From Octopus sinensis (lineage: Eukaryota), in assembly GCF_006345805.1 (NCBI RefSeq), contig NC_043002.1, forward strand, positions 111,228,001 through 111,292,000: 64,000 nucleotides of DNA, read 5' to 3'. Shown here one piece after another: positions 1 through 12,652 of this stretch. The notes beneath the pieces are model-generated. The model made no database searches and was not told where the DNA came from. It saw only the letters and a list, made by a program, of their open reading frames with translations. Positions within the stretch are counted from its first letter, which is position 1. Each line of letters begins with the position of its first letter. A program made the position numbers and the translations under genes.

Positions 1-5
1 TGTAG

Positions 6-41
6 AGAAATAAAATGACTGAATGGATAAGCATGGAACTG
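6..41 (+). CDS. Possible short exon (RNKMTEWISMEL), unconfirmed
   Basis: tgtag|AGA...CTG|gtaagt, open only in phase 0-0. The acceptor context is cut off by the window edge, and it is not phase-compatible with exon 3205 (phase 1). Confidence 0.25.
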
Positions 42-648
42 GTAAGTCGCAGATTGAGTTCAAATTTACTGCAGACTTTTCTAGATGCACACAATCACTT
101 GGTAGTCCGTGATTGTAATGAATTGTTTTGTTGTTTGTTTTTTTTTAAGTTTTACCTCATAACTTATTTAAATATGCATTGTGTCTGTTCACTTAGTTGT
201 GTGTGGGGGGGGAGAAGCAGATCATTTGCAATAGATTGCTGATCCATCCATCCATGACGAGAGCTCTCTCAATTACTTCCCACCAAGCAACCAGTCTTAG
301 CAAACATTTAAGTATACTACTTTACCACTCCAATGATTTTAGGTCTGTTTCACCATGATGTTTTAATATTTGGGCAGCTATACAAAATTGTTTCCCTCTA
401 ACTTTCTATTTTGAATTATTTTCTCTTTTTTAACTCATCATTATTGAAAAGCGTTGCAATTTGATGGATCATTTCCCAGATTGCAGATAATAAAGATACA
501 GAGGTGTTTTTCCTCCAAGACAGTCTTCCATAGATTTATCTTGTTGGAGGATTCCAGTATGTCACTGCAATCTAATAAAGGACTTGTCTATTATTGTGTT
601 GTTGTTTACAGTACTAGTCTATACCTCTGTATGATACTTATTTACATG

Positions 649-1031
649 GAGGCGCAATGGCCCAGTGGTTAGGGCAGCGGACTCGCGGTCATAGGATCGC
701 GGTTTCGATTCCCAGACCGGGCGTTGTGAGTGTTTATTGAACGAAAACACCTAAAGCTTCACGAGGCTCCGGCAGGGGATGGTGGTGATCCCTGCTGTAC
801 TCTTTCACCACAACTTTCTCTCACTCTTACTTCCTATTTCTGTTGTACCTGTATTTCAAGGGGCCGGCCTTATCACTCTCTGTGTCACGCTGAATATCCC
901 CGAGAACTACGTTAAGGGTACACGTGTCTGTGGAGTGCTCAGCCACTTACACGTTAATTTCACGAGCAGGCTGTTCCGTTGATTCGGATCAACCGTAACC
1001 CTCGTCGTCGTAACCGACGGAGTGCTTCCCC
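649..1031 (+). mobile_element. tRNA-derived SINE, family A
   Basis: A box TGGCCCAGTGG and B box GTTTCGATTCC; 13-bp TSD acttatttacatg (636-648, 1032-1044); four more copies in the window. Confidence 0.9.
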
Positions 1032-2360
1032 ACTTATTTACATGTAAATGCCCTAAATCATTGAGAATTAAGTATTTTTGTTAGGTGCAGGCATGGATAA
1101 ACAGTTGCAAAGTTCACTTTGTAACCATGTGTTTTCATGTTATATATCTCTATATGGTTCTTGTCTCTTTCGGTAATTGTCTTGTATAGCTTTCAGGTTG
1201 ACCAATACCTTTTGAGTGAAATTGGTGGAAAGTAACCACAAGGAAGTTCATTTTATATAATCTCTCTCTCTCTCACAAACACACACACACACACACACAC
1301 ACCATTGCTGTTTTAATGTCTACTTTCCCATGCTTGCATGGGTCACACGTTTTTTTAAGAGGCAGCATTTTTACCATCTGGATGCCATTTCTGCTGTCCC
1401 TCTCCTGCTTCTAAGCGAATTAATCCTCCCCCAGTCTACTGAACCACAAACAGCCCAGACATGCTTGCAACCAACACAATTAGTATGAACGATGGCACTT
1501 TCGTCCACAATCAGCACAGTTTGTGTGCACATATATATGTAGTATGTGTGTCGTTATTATGCTTACTGTGTTGGCATGGGTTGTATGGTTTAACAGAATC
1601 CAATGTGTCTGATGACAGTATATCAGTTTTGGCATGACTTCTACAGCTGGATGTTCTTTTAAACATCAACCATTTTACAGAGTGTACTGGGTGTTTTTTG
1701 TCACCCTGTAATTCACAACCGCAAAGAAAAATAGGAGAAAGAAGGGTGTGTGTTTACCCCAGTATGTTTTTGCGCTCACACTGTTTGAGCCATGGTGACA
1801 TGTTTAAACCTCCTGTAAATATTCTGTAGCTTGATGGTTTTTATGTATGAAGACTAGTGGAATATAAAAAAAAAAAAACAACCTTACTTGGAAAGTAGGT
1901 ACTGGTTGGTGACACAAGGGAAATACTACCTTAATCTTGTCCAGCCTGTGCCAAAATGGTCAAAAACAGACAAGAATGGCTCACTGCACCAGAGACTTAT
2001 TAATCAATCAGTGTTAGCCGACAGTGCTGAGCTCAGATCCTATTTTTGTTGTCTCCTCTGCTTCAAATATCTGGCCATTTTATCAAATTCATAAAATACA
2101 AATTCAGTAGATTATTTCTCTCTAAACTCTGTCATATGCTGTATTGTCTTTAGATGAAATGAAGTACTACAAAAAGCCCCACCACCACCACCATTTATGT
2201 ACATACATACATACATACACAATCATTTTGGTGGAATATTTTTTCTCTAAAAAGATATTCCTTTTTCTGATAACTTATTCAAAATATATAATGCATTATT
2301 TCATCATAGTTAATAAATACAGAGATCTTGTCATTTAGAAATGCATGAATAGACCTACAC

Positions 2361-2901
2361 TTTTACTTGTTTCAGTCATTTGACTGCAGCCATGCTGGAG
2401 CACTGCCTTTAATCAAGCAAATCGACCCCAGGACTTATTCTTTGGAAGCCTAGTACTTATTCTAATAAGTTTCTTTTGCCAAACCACTAAGTTACAGGGA
2501 TGTAAACACACCACCATCGGTTGTCAAGCAATGTTGGGGGGGACAAACAGACACACAAACATATACACACACACATACATATATATATAAACATATATAC
2601 GTGCTGGCAGAAACGTTAGCATGCCGGGCGAAATATGTAACCGTATTTCGTTTACTGTTAAGTTCAAATTCCGCCGAGGTCGACTTTGCCTTTCATCCTT
2701 TCGGGGTCGATTAAATAAGTACCTGTTACGCACTGGGGTCAATGTAATCGACTTAATCCGTTTGTCTGTCCTAGTTTGTCCTCTCTGTGTTTAGCCCCTT
2801 GTGGGTAGTAAAGAAATATATATACGACGGGCTTCTTTCAGTTTCCGTCTACCAAATCCACTCACAAGGCTTTGGTCAGCCTGAGGCTATAGTTGAAGAC
2901 T
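2361..2901 (-). mobile_element. SINE family B (5'-truncated) with a family C SINE nested in its internal (TA)n
   Basis: Reverse complement of the family B body and tail, interrupted at about 2601-2818. Confidence 0.85.
2601..2818 (+). mobile_element. tRNA-derived SINE, family C
   Basis: gctggcagaaacgttagc...gttcaaattccgccgaggtcgactttgcctttcatcctttcggggtcga...gtaaagaaata matches the other copies. Confidence 0.88.
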
Positions 2902-3204
2902 TGGAAACTAAATTAACATAACCACCGACTTTTCAATTCCTATATTAGTAAACTTCCTTCAACTCAAACTGGTAAAATACTAAAATTGAATGGCGCATTG
3001 ATCAGGGGACGTCACTCTATCTTTCAATGCTTTTAAGTACCATTTAAATAGGTTTCTTTTTATTCTGAATATTATTTATATCTAAACATTTTGACCATTT
3101 AAATTGGACATTGGTAAAAAACAAATTTTATGAATTTCATTTTACTTGTCATTATTAATGGCATTTCTTGTTTGTTATTTGCTGCCATAACTTCTTCTTT
3201 TTAG

Positions 3205-3406
3205 GCTGTGTTTGTGTGTATAACTCTCATCACACATTTGAATATGTGCAAGTGAGTTTGGAGCAGACTTGGTTGTCTGATTTGGCTAGAGAAGATGGTT
3301 TAGTTTTGGACAGGCTACGATTTGTGATAATCCAGTTCCATAATCCTCTGCTTAGTGAACGTGAGATAAATCAGTTAAGAGAACAAGGACAACAATTTGC
3401 AGACAA
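3205..3406 (+). CDS. ARHGAP35: p190 RhoGAP exon, pseudo-GTPase pG1 region (GCVCVYNSHHTFEYVQVSLEQ...QGQQFAD)
   Basis: ttttag|GC...AA|gtaagt, phase 1-2. The peptide resembles the p190 pG1 segment GCLCxxNSKESLSYV...QQGQQIA (recalled, not searched). Confidence 0.85.
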
Positions 3407-3520
3407 GTAAGTATACAATTTTTTTCTCAGTTCACTGCTATTGGTGAGTTTCATTATCTTATTAGGGTTAACGAATAGCTGAAAGTTTAATCTAGTCAAC
3501 CAGTGTGTGAATATAAGATA

Positions 3521-3949
3521 CGATCTGAAACGATTTGACGAACGACTTCCCAAACAGATCTTCTACTCCCAACTCAAAGACGGCAAGCGTACAAAAGGAG
3601 GCCTGAAGAAACGCTACAAGGACTCCCTGAAAACGAACCTCAAAAAGTGTGACATCGACTTCACCAACTGGGAGGAAACGGCAAAAAACAGACCACTCTG
3701 GAAAACCACCATCCATGAGGGAACGGCGACTTTTGAGTCGAAAAGGTCTGCAGAGCTGGAGGAGAAAAGACGACGACGGAAGGAGCGCCAACAACAACCA
3801 CGTGCGACTCTCCCTTCCGGCACTAGATGTCCGCACTGCGACCGATCTTTTCAAGCAAGAATTGGTCTTATCGGTCACCTACGGACTCACCAATAAATTT
3901 GCGCGAAGACCATCATCCTCGACCTTGAGGGATTGCCATAGTAGTAGTA
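3521..3949 (+). mobile_element. 5'-truncated RTE-type LINE 3' end with C-terminal Cys2His2-like motif
   Basis: Open frame ...RLPKQIFYSQL...KRYKDSLK...W...CPHCDRSFQARIGLIGHLRTH; (tag)n tail; 11-bp TSD aatataagata (3510-3520, 3950-3960). Confidence 0.88.
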
Positions 3950-4201
3950 AATATAAGATAGCATGAAAATTTCTTTACTCAAAGAATAAGTCATGCATTG
4001 ATGTTAGCATTTCAAATGAAAGAAATTAATCAGTTATATGTCATGTTTTGAAATTTGCAATCGTTGTTGATGAGAGTGTTTTGTGACTGAGCATTTTCTC
4101 TCACCTGAAAAGATACCTTCATCTGTTTAATTCATGCATTAATTCCTATATAATATGCTATGGATTGCTACAGATTTCAACATTCATTTCAGTTGTTTTA
4201 A

Positions 4202-4422
4202 CCCCTTACCCGGCAGAAACGAATATATGCATTTTGATCGAAATCGTTTTTTTCTATCTCTGGCGAGTTAACTCGTCAAAAGATTTTAAAATATTAAAAT
4301 TCATAATAAATAAGGTTTGAAATATACCTCGAAATCACCATTCAAAACATAGTAAAATAAAACAATTAAAAAATGTGTCTGAAAAAATACATTTATTTTC
4401 AAAATAATTGTTGGGTAAGGGG
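4202..4422. mobile_element. TTAA-flanked piggyBac-like MITE (family F), 221 bp
   Basis: TIR ccccttaccc/gggtaagggg with TTAA on both sides; the empty site is visible in the duplicate at 5359-5624. Confidence 0.88.
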
Positions 4423-5803
4423 TTAATTCCATATGTTAACCATTATTTGGGAGCATAGCATTAAAACCTAACACTCACAACATCAAAAACCTTGGTACTC
4501 CTGTTATTACGAAAGAGCAGTGACTTATATCATGTCACTGATATTGGGTTGTGTTTATAAATATGACCCTGAACTCTCATTGATTTAACCTGCCTCTTAC
4601 AGTAGATAAATAAGTACTATGCAAAAGTAACCATCTCTGTTCTTGTTAGAATTAAATATCACCAACGTCGAGTGCTGTCACGTATTCTTTATTCTCAGTT
4701 ATGTACTTGTTCAGTGTTTGTCTTGAAATGATTCAGAGTTTGACACTGACTTAGTTTCATTCTGCTGCAGTGGAACTCTTTCTTGGACTTTGTCAAATAT
4801 CCATCCAATAACTGCAGTATTCATTAATAATTGGCATTCTTCAAAGCTGTGGAGTAGCACACTTAATAATGCTCATTAAGCTGATTGACAATGATTTTCC
4901 AATCAACAGCCCACCTGCGTCACAAGTCTACAGATGTACCATATCTTCCCTCTATTTCTTTACTATTATTCTAGCCTACTTAATGCTTGTACCTCTCCCC
5001 TAATCACAACTACTGTATATCTTTCCAGCCCATGTTTGACATACAGGTGTCAAGCACATCAAGGAGAGCCTCTGTGTAATAATGAAAGAAAGGAAAAAAT
5101 TACTAAAATCATCATACCCTCCTGTAGTTGAGAACCTTTTCAAATATAGATTTCAAAATTAAAAAAAAAAAAATCAAAGAAAATATATAAACTCTTGGCA
5201 AGCTATTTCAGTCCCTAATTGTGGTTATTCCACTTATGTTATTACTGCTATGAAGAAAGGCAGAAAGGATTTACATTTACCTTTACACCAGCAAATGTTT
5301 TTGAGTCTTCAATCTTTGTTAAAAATCATTTATTTCAATATTTGAAACCAAAATACACTGTTTTGTGACTGAGCATTTTCTCTCACCTGAAAAGATACCT
5401 TCGTCTGTTTAATTCATGCATTAATTTCTATATAATATGCTATGGATTGCTACAGATTTCAACATTCATTTCAGTTGTTTTAATTCTATATGTTAACCAT
5501 TATTTTGGAGCATAGCATTAAAACTTAACACTTACAACATCAAAAACCTTGGTACTCCTGTTATTACGAAAGAGCAGTGACTTATATCATGTCACTGATA
5601 TTGGGTTGTGTTTATAAATATGACAAATTTTACATTAAAGAATATTTGTTTTGTTTTGTTTTTTCTATGCTATTTTTATTATTTCAAATTAAAAATGAAA
5701 GTATTTGTGAAAATCAAAAAAAAAAAAAAAAAACCCAGCTGCTAACGTCTTTTGCCACTGCCCTCATAGCATCCTTACACTTTGGTTTGAAATTCCATTT
5801 CAG

Positions 5804-5968
5804 CCTGCAGTGTAAATTCTATTACATTCCATCTGAACCTGAAGGCACTGAAAGAAGGAAATTCATTCAAGCACAAACTGAGCATGCATTGCAAAGCATA
5901 ATACGTCCTGCTGCTTCGGCATTATTATCATGTTGGCAGAGTTCAGATTATTTAGAAGCAGATATGAG
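5804..5968 (+). CDS. ARHGAP35: p190 RhoGAP exon (LQCKFYYIP...DYLEADM)
   Basis: tttcag|C...AG|gtaaga, phase 2-2. Continues the frame; LQCKF matches p190 LQCVF. Confidence 0.9.
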
Positions 5969-6304
5969 GTAAGAATGTCAACCAGTCATTTTTGTTTTTC
6001 GTTTTTGTAATGGAAATCTGGCAGAAAAATTCCCTCTGACAGTTTTCTGCCAGTCACTAAATGATATTTATGCTGTGGATTCCCAATTTGTGTAATTTTC
6101 CTGGTATTTTACATCTAATTTTTCCTTTGTATCCTTTATTCGTCTGATTGTACTCATTCGATAAATAAATTTAGGGCATAACTACAGAAGTGTGTCCACT
6201 GACCTTGTTTCCTTATGACTTTCTGAAAAATGAATATTTTTTCATAAAACTTTGTACCAATACATTTTGGATCGTGTAGATTGTGATTATACCAGAATTA
6301 TTAA

Positions 6305-6526
6305 CCCTTTCGTTACCAACCCGGCCAAAACCGCCTCTGGCTCTGTAGTATAAATGTCTTCTTTCCATAAGTTTTCAATTAAAATCTTCCACCAAACTTT
6401 AGTCACAATTTATGTTCCTAACACTAGCTTAATGACGACTAAGTTATTTTACTAAATTCTTTGTTATATTTAAAGTAATTGAAAGAAACACACAGCATCT
6501 CAACAGAAATATGGTAACAGAAAGGG
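6305..6526 (+). mobile_element. piggyBac-like MITE family D
   Basis: TIR ccctttcgttacc / ggtaac(a)gaaaggg, TTAA TSD. Confidence 0.88.
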
Positions 6527-6557
6527 TTAAAATATATAATAGAGAAACAATTCTTAA

Positions 6558-6778
6558 CCCTTTCAACACCAACCCGGCAGAAACCACCTCTGGCTCTGTA
6601 CTACAAATGTCTTGTTTTCATAAGTTTTGAATAAAGATCTTCCTCCAAACCTTAGTCACAATTTATGTTCCTAACACTAGCTGAATGACGACTAAGTTAT
6701 TTTATGAAATACTTTGTTATATTTAAAGTAATTGAAAGAAACACAGAGCATCTCAAAATAAGTACGGTAACGAAAGGG
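6558..6778 (+). mobile_element. piggyBac-like MITE family D (second, adjacent copy)
   Basis: Same family and orientation, TTAA TSD. Confidence 0.88.
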
Positions 6779-8227
6779 TTAAGGCAGTCAGGGATAATTC
6801 ACACACCACATAGCATTAAAAAAATGGATATTTTTTAATGAAATTTTCTACAAATACCTTTCAGATGATGTTGCTCATGATTACATTAAAGCTTAATGTG
6901 TAAAAGAAAGAAGTTGGGTGGGGACAAGTATTTCACACATCTCAACTTTGTTTCTTAATTTGTTTTGATGAAGTAGATTTTAGTTATGTTGAGAAAGCAA
7001 TTACTTTTTAGACCCACATGATCTCTGCTATTTCTGGCATACTAAACAACCATATAGAGGATGGGGGTACTTTTGAGTTTACTTAAAAGAGAGGGATTAA
7101 GATTGTGATAGAATTATGAAAGAAATATATGTATTGTATACTTCTTTCAACAAAGATTCCTTTCAGAGAATTGTTGGAAAAGTCATTAAAAAAAATTTTT
7201 TTTTTTCAACATAATTGTAATCTACACCATCAAAGCATGAGGAAACAAAGTCAGGATGGGAAATATTGCCCCCACTTCCAGTTTTTTTCACATTTAATTC
7301 TAATATAATTATAATCTGCTCCTTCTGAAAAATATTTACAGAGAATTTGATTAAAAAAATACACATTTTCTTGAAAGTAATGAAGAAACAAAATCAAGGC
7401 ATGTGAATTAGCCACCACGCCCCCTTCTAAAGAAGTTTTCACAGCAAATTATGAAATAATGTGAATCTACACCATCTGAACTGTATTTTTTCCCTAGTTT
7501 CAGCCATTGGACTGCAGCCATACGGAACTCCATGTAAAAAATTTCATTAACAAATATCCAGTTTTCAGAAACTTATGAGTAAATAAGATGGGACAGGGCA
7601 CACTTCTCTAGTTTGAAGTATAACTGGAGTGTTCAAAAACACTCTCTTGCAGAGAATTAAAATAAATTTTTCTGATTGAATAATGTAGTCAAAATTTTCA
7701 TTAATAATAAGGCCTTGAAAACCACATTTTGATTTTTTTTTTTTTTTTAAGTATATCAAAATTGGAATTTTTAAGAATTTTCTAGACAGTGTAGACCTTA
7801 GTAATTGCTTTCTTTTAATAAAAGTTACATATCTCTGATTAATCAATAAGCAGCTTATTATAGCATAGATTGATGTAATTTGAAATTTATATAAGTATAG
7901 TAATGAAGGTTAATTATTTCATTAAGAGTCAGTATAATGCTATCTCAAAGAGATGTTTTAGCATGTTTTTGTGCATTGCTGTATATTGAATGCCTTTTGC
8001 ATGTTGATACAGTTCAGTTGATTGAATTCTTGTTTCATTTAGACGTCTGTCACAAAAGAATCTATTGCTATGAAGTTCTTGGCTAGTTCATAGCATAATG
8101 CTTGTGATTCTGCAGCCATTGTCCTCTTGTCTTTGGTGAATTTTTCTTAATACCTTAGTTGTTAAGAATATTCTTTTTGTGTGTTTTGAATTATTAATTA
8201 CTTGTTTCAAATCTTCCTCTCTTTCAG

Positions 8228-8485
8228 AATTGCTGTGTGTATGATGTGTGGTGATAAATTTCCCATGGAATTTGCTCTTGCCCCATTGCTCAATCAAGAA
8301 TTCTTCCGTGTTGTTAATAAGGATAATGGCCAGTGGCTGGTTGATATATTCCTAGATGATCTTAGAGTGAGATTGAACATCATGTTAACTTCATATCATG
8401 GTGCTAACCTCATGAGGGATACACTTTTCCATGGTTACATATTGATTTATTCGGCTCAGAGACAAGCTTCCCTTTCAACAATGAG
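8228..8485 (+). CDS. ARHGAP35: p190 RhoGAP exon, pG2 (RIAVCMMCGDKF...HGYILIYSAQRQASLSTMR)
   Basis: ctttcag|A...AG|gtgagt, phase 2-2. Carries the diagnostic p190 motifs RIVMCLMCGDPF and HGYIVFYSAKRKASLAMLR. Confidence 0.93.
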
Positions 8486-10208
8486 GTGAGTATTTTATTT
8501 CACACTTTGACAATTTTACTCCTAGTCAGCCTTATAATGCAGTGTAGTAGGAAGCCTTGTATGACCCAAAGTCATAACCCAGATCTAAGTTCTTTTGTTT
8601 ATGTAAAATATATACATCATAATATTTTGCTAAGTGTATTTTGTCACAGCATCAGCACCAAAGAAATTCTCTTGGACCCAGTAAGTTTCAAGTATCTCCT
8701 CTTCTCTATGTTGTTTCTGTTCATTTGACAACCACTTTACAAGATGAACTGGGTGCACTTTAGCAAGATGCCAGCATTAGCTGAGTATCCCATCACTGCC
8801 AGCCCAATTTTCACAAGAGAATGCCTTGGTGGACTTTTGGAATAGCACACTCATATAAGTTGGGGGTTTTTCCGTTTTGACAAGAGTTTAAAAGATTTTT
8901 TTTCACCACGTCCTTTGCAAATGATGTGAGGAAGATTTTTATGAAAAACGTATTTGAAAATAATTTGTATATGCATGTGCATATATATATGTATGCATGT
9001 ATATATCTGCATGTATGTATATACAATTTTTATTTAAGTCCTTAAGAGAGTTTAAGCCGGTTGCTAACAAGACAACAAGATTCTTTTGAATTAAAAGAAT
9101 TGCTAGTGTTTGTAAATATGTGGTTGAGTTAGTGTGTTGGTTGAGCTGTCAAAGCACAAACCCAAAGTGTGTGCATCTGTTCATCTAAATAATCTCAAAT
9201 TAAGAATCTTTGGAATGTCTTAAAAATCTTCACTGTGCTACTAATAGATTGGATTTGGAGAATCCACATCAGTTTCTTTTACTTTTTCTTTGTAAAACCT
9301 AGTATTTCTAGATTTTTGTCTAAATTTGTGTGTGTCTGTGTATGATTTTACCTTGAGTTTTATTTAAGTTCTTCTTGAGAGAGAGTTCAAGCTAGTCACT
9401 AATGAAGTGACAAGACTTTTTGAGCACACTGAATTTTATAGCTTGCATTAAGTTCAGGTTTGTTAATTTAAATCTTTTAATCACTAAATTAGCTTCTATA
9501 AAAGTTGGTGGCAAATTGCATGGAAGGTGCTAAATTAACTCATTATCATTGTTGGGTGACTTGTCTTTTGAGTTTGAGTCTTGCTTGAGAATTCCCTCTT
9601 ACAATGAACTTGAATTATATATAATGTGAAATGTATATTCTAGATACTTATTGGTACAAAATATAATGGCAAAGTTGTTGAAGTGAATAATATTGATACT
9701 ACATCTTAAGTATTTTTATTTTTCATAGGCATCAAAGTTTTGTAAATGCAAAACTTTTGTGTTTCAGATGTAGTTGTTTCCTTGAGATAACAGCTACATT
9801 ATAACATCTTTTCTAGATTTTGTAACTAGTAATTTTCTACATTTCCTTGCTATTAACTAGAAAACAGAGCAAAATTTGTTCAAAAAGAAAATTTATTTAT
9901 TAACAGACTTATCAATGTGTCAAAAAAGAAAATTGTGTTAATGCTTATTACTATTAGCTTGGTGACTAGAAGCAGCATTAGTGTTAAGTGCTGTTAAATG
10001 AAATGCCTTGTAATGTACACTCTTGTTTTGAGCTCCAATCTCTCCAGAGACAATATTGCCTTTCATTCTTGTGAAGAGATGAGGTCAATGAAATAGGTAT
10101 GAAGTCAAATAGTAAAATCAATGTAATTCATTATAACTTACTAAAGTTTGAGAGCACATACTTAAATTAGAAAGTATTATTCTGTTATCCTTTCCTTATA
10201 TATTTCAG

Positions 10209-10387
10209 AGCATTTGCAGCTCATCTGCAACACCAGATACCCATTCTAGTCCTTGCTATCGCTGATAGTATTGGTACTGCTCTATTGCATGATGAAAATG
10301 TGACCACTTTGATCTCAGAAGGAAGCTCTGTGGCTGAGAGGCTGAAAGCATACTTCATGACTACGTCACACACTTTCCAACACCAGC
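10209..10387 (+). CDS. ARHGAP35: p190 RhoGAP exon, pG2 C-terminal half (AFAAHLQHQIPILVLAIAD...TFQHQ)
   Basis: tatttcag|A...C|gtatgt, phase 2-1, 59 open codons. Resembles p190 AFLCEVQDIIPIQLVALTD...EGEEIA. It is absent from the ORF track because it has no start codon. Confidence 0.9.
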
Positions 10388-10868
10388 GTATGTATCAACA
10401 TTTCAGTTTCCTTTTAAAAACTTCTTTCTTTTTTTTTTCTTTTTAATCTAGAAATTATTAAATTAATCCAAAATTACCTGGACGCTCAATTATTATTGTT
10501 TGTTTTGAGATTGTACTACTTCATTTAAATTCACATGTTCTTCAAGTAGGTGTTGTTTTTTTTCTTTTTCAATTGTGAACCATGTTTCAGCCATCTTGAT
10601 TCTGTACAACTAATGGAGAATTATGGTGTGGATGTAGATTCAACATTTGATCGAGAAGATCACGTTGCAGTCATAGGGAACTGTGTTCTATCCTGTTTGG
10701 TGACATCTTGGACAAGTGTCTTCTACTTTAGCCTTTGGTACCCATGTAAGAGAATTGGTTTGATGAAACTGTATGGAAGCCTGCCTGATGCATTGTACCT
10801 GTTATTCAGAGGCCCAGGCTTGTTGTGTGTTGTGCAGCCAAGATGATTCAGCTTGAAAATTCTCTTAA

Positions 10869-11088
10869 CCCTTTCGTTATTGTATTTATTTTGAGAAGCT
10901 CTGTGTATCTTTCAATTACTTTAAATATAACAAAGAATTTAGTAAAATAACTTAGTTATCATTAAGCTAGTGTTAGGAACATAAATTGTGACTGAGGTTT
11001 GGTGGAAGATTTTAATTCAAAATTTATGAAAACAAGGCATTTGTACTCAGAGCCAGGGCCGGTTTCAGCCGGGTTGGTAACGAAAGGG
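10869..11088 (-). mobile_element. piggyBac-like MITE family D
   Basis: Reverse complement of 6305-6526; TTAA TSD; 13-bp TIR. Confidence 0.88.
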
Positions 11089-11432
11089 TTAAGAGTAAAC
11101 AGGTTTATAGAATACTCAGCCACTTACAAGTTAATTTAATGAGGAAGTAGTTGAGTTGGTCCAACAACTGAATACTCATCATCAAAACCAAAAGACGATC
11201 CTTTGTGGCTAATATCAGAGTGAGTCAAGTTAGAATGGGGAAAGGTGTAAGTATTGGATTATCATTGAATACAGAACTGTAACGTATATGAGTATTTAAT
11301 CAGCAATTGGTTTGGGTCTCAGCAATCCTAATATGGACTGTTGTATATGCAATTGTTGGTTGGTTGTCAAGCATTTTCATACTTCACTGCCAGTTGATTG
11401 ACCATTTTATAATTTTTTTCTGAATCATTTAA

Positions 11433-11651
11433 CCCTTTAGTATTTAAACCGGCCATATCCGGCCAAAATATTTAATCTGTTTTATGTTCAAACTGACCAG
11501 ATCCAGGCTCTCACACCCACCCTACAATGTTAATCTACATTAAGTAATTACACCATCAAGATCTTGAAGATATGAGAAAATGCTTGATTAATTCAAATCA
11601 ATGGGAATCAATAGGCACTATGTTTGATTGAATAACCTGAACACTAAAGTG
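11433..11651 (+). mobile_element. piggyBac-like MITE family E
   Basis: ttaa|ccctttagt...actaaagtg|ttaa; related copies at 28561-28781, and partial or degenerate at ~11996-12120 and ~48215-48385. Confidence 0.8.
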
Positions 11652-12292
11652 TTAATGACTAACTTGATAAACTAGGCCAAACATGCAAACACATGGCTCA
11701 ACAGTGCAGTTGTGTAGTGATCAGCTGTAGATGTTTGTAGATGTTTTTGGAGCCAGATACATTTTTCATGTCAAAGTCTCTTTACCACTAAGTGTAACTT
11801 GTATGTGCGTCTTGGCCAGCTACACTGGAACATTATTAATGAATTTGTTTTGTTGAGCAAAATATTTCAAACACTACAAGTTAACAACTAAGATTTTAAC
11901 ACATATTAAACATCATTATAGGCACCCATTTAAGAAGGCAAAGGGTTGGTCACTCTATTGCTCCTTTTATGTTTTATATTGGTGCATATATTTAACCTTT
12001 TAGCATTTAAACTGGCCATATCTGACCCAGATATTTTACCTGATTCATGTTCAAAACTACCAGATCCAGCCTCTCACATCTGCCCCAAAGTGTCATTCTA
12101 AAAATAAATAGTCACACCATATTGAGAAGTGGATAGGCCAACATACTTAATACACATTAAGTCAAGTGGGTATTATAATCAAAATATCATTCCTTACAGC
12201 TGACCATACGGTTTCACACTGGGTTTTAAAACCGGAGCGTACGTAACTATGCATATATATATATATACATGTATATATTTATATGTATATAT

Positions 12293-12358
<66 letters not shown>

Positions 12359-12652
12359 TTTATTTAAAGCAGCAGAAAATTCAACAAAACCTGTTACTCT
12401 GAGATTCACGTTGCCGTTCGTCGGACAGTTTTTGCTAGAATCTAGCAAAAACTGTCCGACGAACGGCAACGTGAAACTCAGAGTAACAGGTTTTGTTGAA
12501 TTTTCTGCTGCTTTAAATAAAGCATATTACTCTACCACTGGTATTTGAGTACTCTTTTTTTCACATTTATGTGTTTACTCCGGTATATATAAGTGAATTC
12601 AATAGAACTCACTTGAACCTTAATTGCTTTTACTGTATATATATATATATAT

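Noticed and set aside
649-725. tRNA-like sequence
   Set aside because: It is the head of SINE A: it continues into a repeated body, has a TSD, and lacks an intact acceptor stem.
730-982. Recurring ORFs MFIERKHLKL.../MVVIPAVLFHH... and MSSNARGTNT...
   Set aside because: They recur because they lie in SINE copies; frames break differently among copies.
12194-12548. YI-rich ORFs (also 33912-34434, 38340-38731, 57335-57979, 63685-63987)
   Set aside because: Translations of TA/TG microsatellites.
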